Positions 1 through 8,496 are shown, counted from the stretch's first letter. The stretch is 64,000 bases of DNA from Verrucomicrobiota bacterium (GCA_016935555.1 JAFGQR010000129.1:13867-77866); one strand, 5' to 3'. The notes: a model not told the origin generated them from the sequence alone. Numbers and translations are program-made.

Positions 1-203
1 CGGTCGGTGGGCCAGCCGCCGAGCAGCGATCCCAGCACGGTCCCATACAGCGCCGAGCCCATCGCCAACCCGTGCAGGCCCGGACTCAGACCCCACAGCG
101 ATTGAATCGTCTGCTCCGCCCCCGAGATGACGACCGTGTCGAACCCGAATAGAAACCCCGCCAGCGCCGAGGTCAGCGACCAGAAAAAAAGTCGGATGGT
201 CAT
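1..203 (-). CDS. MFS sugar-porter family transporter, N-terminal fragment (gene runs off the left edge of the window)
   Basis: Not in the ORF track because there is no stop in the window. Reverse-strand ATG at 201-203. Hand translation MTIRLFFWSLTSALAGFLFGFDTVVISGAEQTIQSLWGLSPGLHGLAMGSALYGTVLGSLLGGWPTD shows the GxLFGFDTxVISG N-terminal signature of XylE/GalP-type sugar porters. Confidence 0.7.
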   Translation of the reverse strand, partial: MTIRLFFWSLTSALAGFLFGFDTVVISGAEQTIQSLWGLSPGLHGLAMGSALYGTVLGSLLGGWPTD

Positions 204-280
204 GCGGGGAGGAAAGCACACCGTCTCCGCCTTGCAACGCCGGATTTTGTCCTCAGCCGCCCCGGGAACCGAGCCCCTTC

Positions 281-867
281 ATGATCGTTGCCGCCTTCAA
301 AATGAAGGCGCTTGAGGGATACGGGATCGCCATCGCCGGGGCGATTCTCGCCTTGGTCATTTCCCCCGCCAACCTGCTCGGCCTGCCCGTCGGCCTCTGG
401 GCGCTCGTCACCCTGACGCGGCCTTCGGTCAAGCGGGCCTTCCGGCATCCGCCGGCGCCGGCGGTGATCGCCCAGGCTGCGATGGCGCAGGCCAACGTCC
501 CGCCGCCGGCGGGTTCTTCGATGCGGAGCTTCTGCTGGAACGGGGCACCCCTTGGGTCTGGAACATCCGCGGCACCAGCGAGCTGAGCAGGATCAACGCG
601 TATGTCGGGGATCCGCAGCCTCTGACGACGGCCGCCGGCGACCTCATCCCAAACCAGGCCCCCTTGTCTCCCTACCTCACCCTCACGGGCAACACATGGC
701 AACTGCACACGACCAACGTCCAGACCGTCCTCCTTTTCGAGGTGCCGCATTTCGGACTCGACCAGTGCTTGTTGAGTTGCCAGGCGCAGCTCAAAACAAA
801 AAACCTCCAGGGCCGCGCATTCCTCAAGATGCGGGAGCTGCGACTGGCGGCCGCCCCGGCGCGCTGA
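281..867 (+). pseudogene. Small membrane protein whose coding signal is split over two reading frames (probable indel, frameshift or assembly error)
   Basis: ORF 281..586 encodes two hydrophobic helices (GIAIAGAILALVISPANLLGLPVGLWALVTL) and then loses GC3 bias near 510. From about 511 another frame, open from 313 to 867, has strong GC3 bias and a protein-like translation (FFDAELLLERGTPWVWNIRGTSELSRINAYVGDPQPL...TLTGNTWQLHTTNVQTVLLFEVPHF...). That frame has no ATG/GTG/TTG start before 664. Confidence 0.35.
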
Positions 868-882
868 GGCGGGAAGCGACGG

Positions 883-2622
883 TCAGTGGCCGGCGGTGAC
901 GACGAGGGTTTGTTCGAGGGTGGTGATGCCCTCTTTGACTTTCATGAGGGAGACATCGCGGAGGGTTTTCATGCCCTGGTTGATGGCGACTCTGGAGATT
1001 TCCATGGCGCTGGCGCGGGCGATGATGAGCTTGCGGATTTCGTCGGTGATGGTCATGGCCTCGACGATGGCGGTGCGGCCGGAGTAGCCGCTGTTGTTGC
1101 AGCGTTCGCAGCCGCGGCCGCGGAAGATGGGGACGCCCTCGAAGTGGTTGGGGGGGATGTTGAGGTCGCGGAACATGGTGGGGGGGTAGGTGACGGGCTC
1201 CTTGCAGCTGGGGCAGATTTTGCGGACGAGGCGTTGGGCGGCGGTGATGATGACGGAGGAGGAGATGAGGAAGGGGGCGATGCCCATGTCGTCGAGGCGG
1301 GTAATGGCGCCGGCGGCGTCGTTGCAGTGCATCGTGCTGAGGACCTGGTGGCCGGTGAGGGCGGATTCGACGGCGATTTCGGCGGTTTCGGTGTCGCGGA
1401 TTTCGCCGATCATGATGATGTCAGGGTCCTGACGGAGGATGGAGCGGAGGGAATTGGCGAAGGAGAGGCCGATTTCCTTGCGGATGGGCACCTGGTTGAT
1501 GCCGTGGATTTGGAATTCGACGGGGTCTTCGACGGTGACGATGTTGTATTCGGGGTTGTTGAGTTCGTTGAGGGCGGAGTAGAGAGTGGTGGTCTTGCCG
1601 GAGCCCGTCGGGCCGGTGACGAGCAGCAGGCCGTGGGGGGCGTCGACGGCGGCGCGAAAGCGCCGGAACGTGTCGGGGTCCATGCCGATTTTCTCCATGC
1701 TGGCGGAGAGGTTCGTCTTGTCGAGCACGCGCAGCACGCATTTCTCGCCGTGAACGGTCGGAAGGAAGGAGACGCGCAGGTCGTAATCGCGGCCGCCGAC
1801 CTTGACGCGCATGCGGCCGTCCTGGGGGAGGCGGCGTTCGGCGATGTCGAGGCTGCTCATGATTTTGAGGCGGGACACGAGGGCGACGTGGAGGTTTCGC
1901 GGGGGCGGCGTCTTGTCGATGAGGATGCCGTCGATGCGGTAGCGCAGGCGGACCATGCGGTCGAAGGGTTCGATATGGATGTCGCTGGCGCGGTCCTTGA
2001 TGGCCTGGATGAGGATGACGTTGGCGAGTCGGATGACGGGGGCTTCCTCGACGGAGGCGGTGAGCTTGTCGAGGTTGACCTCTTCGATCTGCTCCTTGAT
2101 GGTTTCGAGCTTGTCGGCTTCCTCGGTCAGTTCGGCTTGTTTTTCGGCGTGTTCGATGATGTCCTCGATGCGCCCGCTCTTGCCGGTATCGATTTGGTGG
2201 AGCTTGTCGAGGATGGCTTTTTCGGAGGCGATGAGGGGGACGATTTCGAGTTTGTTGATGCGGCGGACGTCGTCCATGGCCACGACGTTGAGGGGGTCGG
2301 CCATGGCGAGGAACAGGCGGTTCTCGAGCCGGGAGACGGGGACGATCTTGTGGGAGTGGCAGATGTCGCGGGGGAGGAGTTCGGCGACATCGGGCTGGAG
2401 GTTGAGGCGGGAGAGGTTGATGGGAGGGGTGTTGAGGACCCGGCCCATGGAGACGGCCATGTCCTGCTCGGTGACATAGGCCTTTTCGACGATGATTTTG
2501 AGGAGGCGTTTGCCTTCCTTCTTTTGGAGTTCGAGCAGTTCCTCGACCTGCTGGGGGAAGAGCAGCCCGTCTTCGACCAGGGCATCCGCGATGCGTTCTC
2601 CGAATGTTTTGCCGGGATGCAT
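883..2622 (-). CDS. Type II/IV secretion-family ATPase (PilB/GspE-like) with an N-terminal MshEN/T2SSE_N domain
   Basis: Walker A GPTGSGKTTTLYSAL, the Asp/His boxes and the C-terminal tetracysteine CPSC...CERC are all typical of PilB/GspE. I chose the ATG at 2622 (MHPGKTF...) because it lies 7 nt after the upstream gene's stop. The ORF track start at 2679 would overlap that gene by 50 nt. Confidence 0.85.
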   Translation of the reverse strand: MHPGKTFGERIADALVEDGLLFPQQVEELLELQKKEGKRLLKIIVEKAYVTEQDMAVSMGRVLNTPPINLSRLNLQPDVAELLPRDICHSHKIVPVSRLENRLFLAMADPLNVVAMDDVRRINKLEIVPLIASEKAILDKLHQIDTGKSGRIEDIIEHAEKQAELTEEADKLETIKEQIEEVNLDKLTASVEEAPVIRLANVILIQAIKDRASDIHIEPFDRMVRLRYRIDGILIDKTPPPRNLHVALVSRLKIMSSLDIAERRLPQDGRMRVKVGGRDYDLRVSFLPTVHGEKCVLRVLDKTNLSASMEKIGMDPDTFRRFRAAVDAPHGLLLVTGPTGSGKTTTLYSALNELNNPEYNIVTVEDPVEFQIHGINQVPIRKEIGLSFANSLRSILRQDPDIIMIGEIRDTETAEIAVESALTGHQVLSTMHCNDAAGAITRLDDMGIAPFLISSSVIITAAQRLVRKICPSCKEPVTYPPTMFRDLNIPPNHFEGVPIFRGRGCERCNNSGYSGRTAIVEAMTITDEIRKLIIARASAMEISRVAINQGMKTLRDVSLMKVKEGITTLEQTLVVTAGH

Positions 2623-2629
2623 GGGCGGC

Positions 2630-3496
2630 TCAGCGGAAGGCTTTCTGGAGGGCTTTGAGGATGTCGCCCGGCGGGGCAAGATACCACAGCAGGCGTTGTT
2701 GGGCGGCCTGTTCGAGTTCGACCGCGGCCTGTCGGTTGAAGGGATTGGCGGTGGCGACCATGAGCGATTTGCTCAGCCGGTCGAAGGGCAGGACGACCCA
2801 CCGCAGACAGGTGGCAGCCGGCAGATGCCGCGTCAGTTCATAGTCCACGTCGTAATGGGCAAGGGGAAGGTAGGCCAGGGGGGATTTGTCGGACAGCAGT
2901 TTGAGGGCTTGCTCGACGGTGAGAACGCCTTTGTCGATGAGCACCTGCAGGAAGCAGCCGCCGGGCTTCTTGAGGTGGGCGCTGAAATCCGGTTTGGGCC
3001 AGTAATGCTCGAAATCGCCGGCGGTGATGATCTTCCCATCCACGAAGATTTTGGACATCGCCGCACGGCCATCGTCGTAATCGGCGGGAATCCGGTCGAT
3101 TTCGGTCGGATGATCGGGGGAATCCTGGGCGGGGGCGGACAAGGGGTCGGGATGAACGTGGGGGGAGACGGTTTGGATGGTGAGGCTGGAGGCTTTGCTT
3201 TCGATGTCGCCGAGGGCTGCGAGGACATCGGGGTCATCGGGGTAGCGCTGGAGGATGCTCTCGTATTCGAGGATGGCGGAGGAGAGCTGGCCCATGGCGA
3301 CATAGGCCTTGGCGATGCGTTTGGAGACGCTGATGACGTCGGGTTCGCGCCCGAGTTTGGCGTAGGCTTCCTTGAGGATTTCGAGGGACTGATAGTCATT
3401 AGGCTGGGATTGCGTAATGGCCTCGAACATCTCAATGGTTTGGGCCAATTGAGACTCGTCGCTGGCAGTTAAAGTGCCGACTGACATGTCCAACAA
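2630..3496 (-). CDS. TPR-repeat protein with a C-terminal T2SSE_N/MshEN-like domain
   Basis: N-terminal TPR-like helices (YQSLEILKEAYAKLGREPDVISVSKRIAKAYVAMGQLSSAILEYESILQRYPDDPDV). The C-terminus (VVLPFDRLSKSLMVATANPFNRQAAVELEQ) resembles the N-terminal domain of GspE/PilB ATPases. The gene sits immediately upstream of the ATPase gene. Confidence 0.7.
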   Translation of the reverse strand: MLDMSVGTLTASDESQLAQTIEMFEAITQSQPNDYQSLEILKEAYAKLGREPDVISVSKRIAKAYVAMGQLSSAILEYESILQRYPDDPDVLAALGDIESKASSLTIQTVSPHVHPDPLSAPAQDSPDHPTEIDRIPADYDDGRAAMSKIFVDGKIITAGDFEHYWPKPDFSAHLKKPGGCFLQVLIDKGVLTVEQALKLLSDKSPLAYLPLAHYDVDYELTRHLPAATCLRWVVLPFDRLSKSLMVATANPFNRQAAVELEQAAQQRLLWYLAPPGDILKALQKAFR

Positions 3497-3754
3497 CCGG
3501 TTAGCCCGGAATTCGCCGTCTGTGTTGTCCCGGGTGCCAATGTTTTTGCTTCCGGAAACTCAGCAAGGTCGGGGCCAACCGGCCGGGTGAAGACCAAGTT
3601 GTCGAAATCGGCCCCGTTTGACCGTCCCTACGGCCCTGATTATCAGCCCGGGCGCGAATTAACCCCTGGTCATCCGGCTCGAGCCGTGGTAGAAGGCGCA
3701 CGCCGTCCGGCGAATGCGGGGCGGTAGGCAAAAACTGTATCGACCCAGAGCATT

Positions 3755-3907
3755 ATGTCACAACATCCAAGCTTGCGCTCCGCATCGGCGTCGAGCGCCA
3801 AACGCAATGTCCTGAAACGTTTCGAGCGTGTTGACGTGCTCAAGAAGCACGGGCAATGGAAAGAGGGCGACCGGGTGACGGGGCTGCGCAAGACCAAGCC
3901 CGAGTGA
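3755..3907 (+). CDS. 'Small basic protein' family (50 aa), below the ORF track length cutoff
   Basis: Hand translation MSQHPSLRSASASSAKRNVLKRFERVDVLKKHGQWKEGDRVTGLRKTKPE, with the stop at 3905-3907. From memory, the KRNVLKRFERV...GQWKEGDRVTGL.KTKP pattern matches the small basic protein family seen in PVC-group genomes. Confidence 0.7.
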   Translation: MSQHPSLRSASASSAKRNVLKRFERVDVLKKHGQWKEGDRVTGLRKTKPE

Positions 3908-4049
3908 GGCGGGGCCCGGAGCGGGTTGTCTTGGGGGGCGGCGCGGGACGGCAGCCTGGACGCCCCCGGCAGGAGTGTGCTGCGGGCAGGGCGGCGGGCT
4001 GCATGTCGGCGTTGACAGAACCTCGGAATGGACTTCTAATGGCCGTCCT

Positions 4050-5150
4050 ATGAACGTGAAACACTGGATGTGTGGGTTTGCGACGCTTTGCCCGGTGCTC
4101 ATCGCCAGCCAGGTCCTGGCTGCCTCACCCTCGGAGACGCTTCCAACGCCGGCCGCCGATCCGCCTCCGGCGGCCAAGGCCGACGCGCAGCCGCCCGCCG
4201 GGACCGGCGACGTCAAACGGGGTTTGCCTCAGCCCGTTGCGGGCGTGGTGAAGGGCAGCGATGTGCTGGTTCGAGGGCAGGCCACCGTGGGGAGCGAGGT
4301 GGTCGCGCGGCTCAACAAGGGCGACCGGGTGACCGTGCTCGAGGAAATCACGCTGAAGAACGCGCGGGCGGGAGAGCCGGAGCGGTGGCTGAAGATCGTC
4401 CGGCCGAAGGGGGCGACCGTGTGGGTGCACGCGCAATATGTCGACGGCACAACGCGGACGGTCAAGGCCAACCGGCTGAATCTGCGCAGCGGCCCCGGGG
4501 AGAATTACAGTGTGTTGGGCCAACTCGAGAAAGGCGCCACGATCCGGGAACTCGAAGTGAAAGGCGACTGGATCCGGATCGAGTCGCCCGCGCAGACGCA
4601 TGCCTTCGTCGCCGCTTACCTCGTCGAACTCGAATCCCACGCCGTTGCCGTCATCCCGCCCGTGACGGAGCCGCCTCCGGCGCCGACGCCGCCCGCGGCG
4701 GAACCCGCGCCGCCTCCGCCGTCCACACCGCCGCCGGCCGGCGACGTGGCGGTGGTGACACTGCCGCCCGCCGAAACGGCGCCCCCGCCAGCGACGCTCC
4801 CGCCAGCGACGCCCTCGCCGGAGGCGCCTCCGCCGCCGGCGGAGGCGGCGGTTGTGCAGCCGGCGCCCGGCGCGGAACCGGCGGTGCCGGCGGAGGTGGA
4901 GCCGCCGAAGCGGACGGTGGTTCGCGAGGGGATTGTGAGGCGCAGTTTGAGCATTCAGGCGCCCACGGAATTCGTGTTGGAGAGCCTGGACACGCGACGG
5001 ACGATCAACTACCTCTACAGCCCTTCGAGCAATATTACTCTGCTTGATTTCAAAGGCCACCGGGTGCGGGTCTCAGGCGAGGAGGGGCTGGTCGATCGCT
5101 GGCCGAAAACGCCGGTGCTGACGGTGGAGACGCTCAAGTCGGTTCCCTGA
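4050..5150 (+). CDS. Secreted protein with two bacterial SH3 domains, a Pro/Ala-rich linker and a C-terminal domain of unknown function
   Basis: The internal ATG at 4050 gives the signal peptide MNVKHWMCGFATLCPVLIASQVLA. SH3b-like segments are VLVRGQATVGSEVVARLNKGDRVTVL and LNLRSGPGENYSVLGQLEKGATIRELEVKGDWIRI. A long PPxP low-complexity tract follows. Confidence 0.75.
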   Translation: MNVKHWMCGFATLCPVLIASQVLAASPSETLPTPAADPPPAAKADAQPPAGTGDVKRGLPQPVAGVVKGSDVLVRGQATVGSEVVARLNKGDRVTVLEEITLKNARAGEPERWLKIVRPKGATVWVHAQYVDGTTRTVKANRLNLRSGPGENYSVLGQLEKGATIRELEVKGDWIRIESPAQTHAFVAAYLVELESHAVAVIPPVTEPPPAPTPPAAEPAPPPPSTPPPAGDVAVVTLPPAETAPPPATLPPATPSPEAPPPPAEAAVVQPAPGAEPAVPAEVEPPKRTVVREGIVRRSLSIQAPTEFVLESLDTRRTINYLYSPSSNITLLDFKGHRVRVSGEEGLVDRWPKTPVLTVETLKSVP

Positions 5151-5155
5151 TCCTG

Positions 5156-6049
5156 ATGGCGGAGTCGAATGTCATCGATGGCCGGGCGATTGCGGAACAG
5201 ATTCATGCCGACACCCGCGTGCGGATCGCGGCGCTGAAGGCGCGCGGGATTGAGCCGGGGCTGGCGTTCGTGCGGGTGGGGGAGGATCCGGCCTCGCGGG
5301 TGTACGTGGGCATGAAGGAGCGGATGAGCGGCCAGCTGGGCATCCGTTCCGAGACGCGCGTGTTGGCGGAGAACGCGACGGAGGAGGAGCTGCTGGCGCT
5401 GGTGGGGCGGCTCAACGCGGAGGCGCGGGTTCACGGGATTCTAATCCAGGCGCCGCTGCCGCGGGGGATTCGGGCGGCGCGGGTGTATGCGGCGGTGCTG
5501 CCGGAGAAGGACGTGGACGGGTTTCACCCGGTGAACGTGGGCAAGCTGCTGTTGGGGGACCCGGGCGGGTTTGCGCCGTGCACGCCGGCGGGGATTCGGG
5601 AATTGCTGGTGCGCAGCGGGGTGCCGACGGAGGGGGCGGAGGTGGTGATCCTGGGGCGTGGGGACATTGTGGGCAAGCCGATGGCGGCGATGCTTTGCCA
5701 GAAAGCCCCGCACGCCAACGCCACGGTGACCCTGTGCCATTCGCGCACGCGCGATCTTGCGGCGCATTGCCGGCGTGCGGACATCCTGATTGCGGCGATG
5801 GGGCAGCCGCGGTTTGTGAAGGCGGACATGGTGAAGCCGGGGGCGGTGGTGATCGATGTGGGGGTGAACCGCGTGCCGGACGCGAGCGCGAAGGGGGGCA
5901 GCCGGCTGGTGGGCGACGTGGATTTCGCGTCGGTGCAGCCCGTGGCCGGGCGGATCACGCCGAATCCCGGGGGTGTGGGGCCGATGACGATTGCGCTGCT
6001 GATGCAGAACACGGTGCGCGCCGCGGAGAGAGCGGCGGGTGCCGGCTGA
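5156..6049 (+). CDS. folD: Bifunctional methylenetetrahydrofolate dehydrogenase / methenyl-THF cyclohydrolase
   Basis: Full-length FolD pattern: IDGRAIAEQI..., VGEDPASRVYVGMKER, DVDGFHPVNVGKL, ILGRGDIVGKPMAAML, PGGVGPMTIALLMQNT. Confidence 0.95.
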   Translation: MAESNVIDGRAIAEQIHADTRVRIAALKARGIEPGLAFVRVGEDPASRVYVGMKERMSGQLGIRSETRVLAENATEEELLALVGRLNAEARVHGILIQAPLPRGIRAARVYAAVLPEKDVDGFHPVNVGKLLLGDPGGFAPCTPAGIRELLVRSGVPTEGAEVVILGRGDIVGKPMAAMLCQKAPHANATVTLCHSRTRDLAAHCRRADILIAAMGQPRFVKADMVKPGAVVIDVGVNRVPDASAKGGSRLVGDVDFASVQPVAGRITPNPGGVGPMTIALLMQNTVRAAERAAGAG

Positions 6050-6081
6050 AGGCCGCCCGCGAAGGCAATTCCACACCGTTT

Positions 6082-6525
6082 ATGCAACCCGCGCGCATCC
6101 TGCCCGACCTGCAATGTTCGCTGCTGTGCGAGGAAGCGCGCCAGGAGGCCAACGGCAACTTCTTCCTCGTCGGCATCTTGGATGTGGTTCGTGTGCCGCA
6201 CGTGCCCGTCACCGCCTTCAAACTCACGGTGTTCAACCGCTGGACGGCCGGGTATGGCCAGTTCACGGAATGCGTGCGGCTGATAGCGCCCGGCGGGAAC
6301 GTCGCGCCGCGCCGGAGCGAGGTCCGGTTCACCATGGCCGACCCGAACCTCAACGCCACCACCGTCACCCTCTTCGCCAATGTCGAGTTCGCCGCCGCCG
6401 GCCCGCACTTCATCGAGGTGTCCGTGGACGACGTGTTGAAGGTGCGTTACCCGATCAACGTGGTGGTGGTGCCGACGCCCGGCAAAGCCCCGGGGCCGTC
6501 GCCGCCCGGCCCGCCGCCGTCCTGA
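6082..6525 (+). CDS. Hypothetical protein (147 aa, predicted beta-rich, no recognised motif)
   Basis: Internal ATG of ORF 5578..6525. A protein-like translation begins there (MQPARILPDLQCSLLCEEARQEANGNFFLVGILDVV...); the upstream part of the ORF is Gly/Arg junk overlapping folD. Confidence 0.55.
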   Translation: MQPARILPDLQCSLLCEEARQEANGNFFLVGILDVVRVPHVPVTAFKLTVFNRWTAGYGQFTECVRLIAPGGNVAPRRSEVRFTMADPNLNATTVTLFANVEFAAAGPHFIEVSVDDVLKVRYPINVVVVPTPGKAPGPSPPGPPPS

Positions 6526-6528
6526 GCG

Positions 6529-7566
6529 ATGTTCATGGGCCAAGACGCGCGTCCATCGCCGCCCGGGGGCAGTGCGGATTCGGCCCCGCGGCATGCGGAC
6601 GGGCGGGTGGCGTGGCAGCCGTTCACGTTTGGCGGCGTGGCGGCGCTGGCGCGGGCGACATCGGGCCGGGTGGTGGCGGTTGAGCTGGTGGTCGCGGCCG
6701 TGGCCACGGCGGCGATCCTGAGCCTGGTGGCGAGCGACTGGTTCCCGGTGCTGGACCAGGCGATCGCCGCGCTTCCCGAGACCGGCCGCATCGAGCGGCG
6801 CCGGCTCCACCTGCCGTTCTCCGGCTCGCGCATCCTCGCCGAAAACCCCTTTCTCGCCGTCGTCGTCGAAGGAACCCCGGCGGGCAGCGTCAGTGCCGGC
6901 TCGGATCTGCGGGTGGAATTGCGCCGGGACCAGTGGCGGCTGTGTTCCGTGCCGGGGTGCATTGCGATGCCTTACCCGGCGGATTGGACGGTCGAGTTGA
7001 ACCGGCCGGAGCTGAAGCCGCGTTGGGGCGCCTGGCAGCCGTTTCTGTTGGTGTTCACGGCGCTGGGCGTCGTGGCCGGCCTGCTGGGGTTCTGGACCCT
7101 GCTGGCGGCGGTGTGCGCGCCCGTGGCCTGCGGACTCGCCTGGGCCGCCCGCCGCCCTTTGTCCTGGGCCGGCGGGTGGCGGCTGTCGTCTGCGGCGCTG
7201 ATGCCCGCCGCGGTTTTGGGGGCGTTGGGGGTGCTGTTGTATGCCAGCGCGGTGATCGACCTGGTGCAGTGGGCCGGCCTGCTGGTGGTGCAGGGAGCGC
7301 TGGCATCCGTTTACCTCGCCATCAGCCCCTTCTTCCTGCCGCCCCCGACGCCTCCACACGCCACTCCCCCGGCCGGCCCGGCGGCAGCCGCCGGCGCCCC
7401 TCCAATGCCGCCGCCGGCCGGGCTCGGGCGTGCCGGCAATCCGTTCGCGCCCCGGCCGGGACGGGCTTCGGACAATCCGTTTGCTGGCGGCCCGCGGGGG
7501 CCTGGGCCGCAGGATTCCGGACGCGATTCACGGGGCAATGGGGGAGGGGCGGCTTCTGGAAAATAA
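6529..7566 (+). CDS. Hypothetical polytopic membrane protein with a Pro/Gly-rich C-terminal tail
   Basis: The ATG lies 3 nt after the previous stop. It has at least 4 hydrophobic helices (VVAVELVVAAVATAAILSLV, PFLLVFTALGVVAGLLGFWTLLAAV, ...). The tail contains NPFA repeats. Confidence 0.6.
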   Translation: MFMGQDARPSPPGGSADSAPRHADGRVAWQPFTFGGVAALARATSGRVVAVELVVAAVATAAILSLVASDWFPVLDQAIAALPETGRIERRRLHLPFSGSRILAENPFLAVVVEGTPAGSVSAGSDLRVELRRDQWRLCSVPGCIAMPYPADWTVELNRPELKPRWGAWQPFLLVFTALGVVAGLLGFWTLLAAVCAPVACGLAWAARRPLSWAGGWRLSSAALMPAAVLGALGVLLYASAVIDLVQWAGLLVVQGALASVYLAISPFFLPPPTPPHATPPAGPAAAAGAPPMPPPAGLGRAGNPFAPRPGRASDNPFAGGPRGPGPQDSGRDSRGNGGGAASGK

Positions 7567-7708
7567 GTCCCATTGTTTTGGATAAAATTTCCTTGTAGGG
7601 GGCGCCGGCGGCGGGTTTCTCCGGGGAACACGCGGATTTTCCCTTGAATGTGCCGGTTTCTGCACGGTGGCATGTGCCGTGCTCGAACGTGTCGGACGGC
7701 TTTGAACT

Positions 7709-8161
7709 ATGAAATCTGCCGACACGACCGTGATGGAGCCAGAGCTCGGAGCGACCGGAGCCGTGGGCGGGCCGGTGCAGGGAATCGTTGAGCTTCCGGC
7801 GGGGCTGTTGGGATTTGAGGCCGTGACCCGCTATGAGCTGCTGGGCAGTCCGGCGGAGGCGCCGTTTTTGTGGTTGCAGATGGTGGGCGAGCCGGGGTTG
7901 GCGTTTCTGGTGATCCCGTCGCCGGTCACGCTGAAGAGTTATCATCCGGAGGTGAGCGCGGAGGATGCGGCGCTGCTGGGGTTGGAACAGGCGCAGGACG
8001 CCATGGTGTTCAACATCGTGACGCTGCACCGGGACAGGAGCGCCACGGTGAATTTGAAGGCGCCCATTGTGATCAACCGGCGGACCCTGACAGGCAAGCA
8101 GGTGGTTCCGCTCAACTCGGCCGAATACGCCCTGCAGCATCCGCTGCCGGTGGCGACGTAG
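7709..8161 (+). CDS. fliW: Flagellar assembly factor FliW (CsrA antagonist)
   Basis: LPAGLLGFEAVTRYELL...PFLWLQMVGEPGLAFLVIPSP...NLKAPIVINRRTLTGKQVV matches the FliW pattern. The gene is directly followed by csrA. Confidence 0.85.
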   Translation: MKSADTTVMEPELGATGAVGGPVQGIVELPAGLLGFEAVTRYELLGSPAEAPFLWLQMVGEPGLAFLVIPSPVTLKSYHPEVSAEDAALLGLEQAQDAMVFNIVTLHRDRSATVNLKAPIVINRRTLTGKQVVPLNSAEYALQHPLPVAT

Positions 8162-8188
8162 AGGCCCCTTTCCCGACCCCGCTGCGCC

Positions 8189-8428
8189 ATGCTCGTCCTG
8201 GCCCGCAAAGTGAATCAGAACATCGTGATTGACGGCCGGATCACGGTGAAGGTGGTGCGCCTGGAGGGGGACGTGGTGAAGCTGGGCATCCAGGCGCCGA
8301 CGTCGGTGCCCGTGCATCGGCAGGAGGTATACGACGAGATTCAAAAAAACAACCAACAAGCCGCCACGGAACGCCATCGGCCGGTCCCGAAACTGGTTGC
8401 CCCCCCCGACACCCGGAGCCCAACCTGA
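8189..8428 (+). CDS. csrA: Carbon storage regulator CsrA (FliW-partnered type with a C-terminal extension)
   Basis: MLVLARKVNQNIVIDGRITVKVVRLEGDVVKLGIQAPTSVPVHRQEVY is the canonical CsrA fold sequence. Confidence 0.9.
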   Translation: MLVLARKVNQNIVIDGRITVKVVRLEGDVVKLGIQAPTSVPVHRQEVYDEIQKNNQQAATERHRPVPKLVAPPDTRSPT

Positions 8429-8496
8429 TCGGGACGGGGGCTTCGACACGGACGCCGATCCGCCGAGGCGAACCAGGACATGCTGCCGAAGACCCT

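Noticed and set aside
886-2658. A 590-aa + strand ORF opposite the PilB-like ATPase. Similar mirrors lie at 8341..9993, 11788..13335, 40525..41952, 45635..47572, 50878..52173, 55889..57838, 57935..59458, 59361..60710 and 61078..62370.
   Set aside because: All are antisense to genes with clear family signatures and have G/D/A/V- or R/P-dominated translations. I treated them collectively as GC-driven open frames.
5524-7359. A 611-aa ORF on the - strand spanning the end of folD and the two hypothetical genes.
   Set aside because: It crosses three independently supported + strand genes. Its composition (R/P/G/H/Q runs) is non-protein-like.
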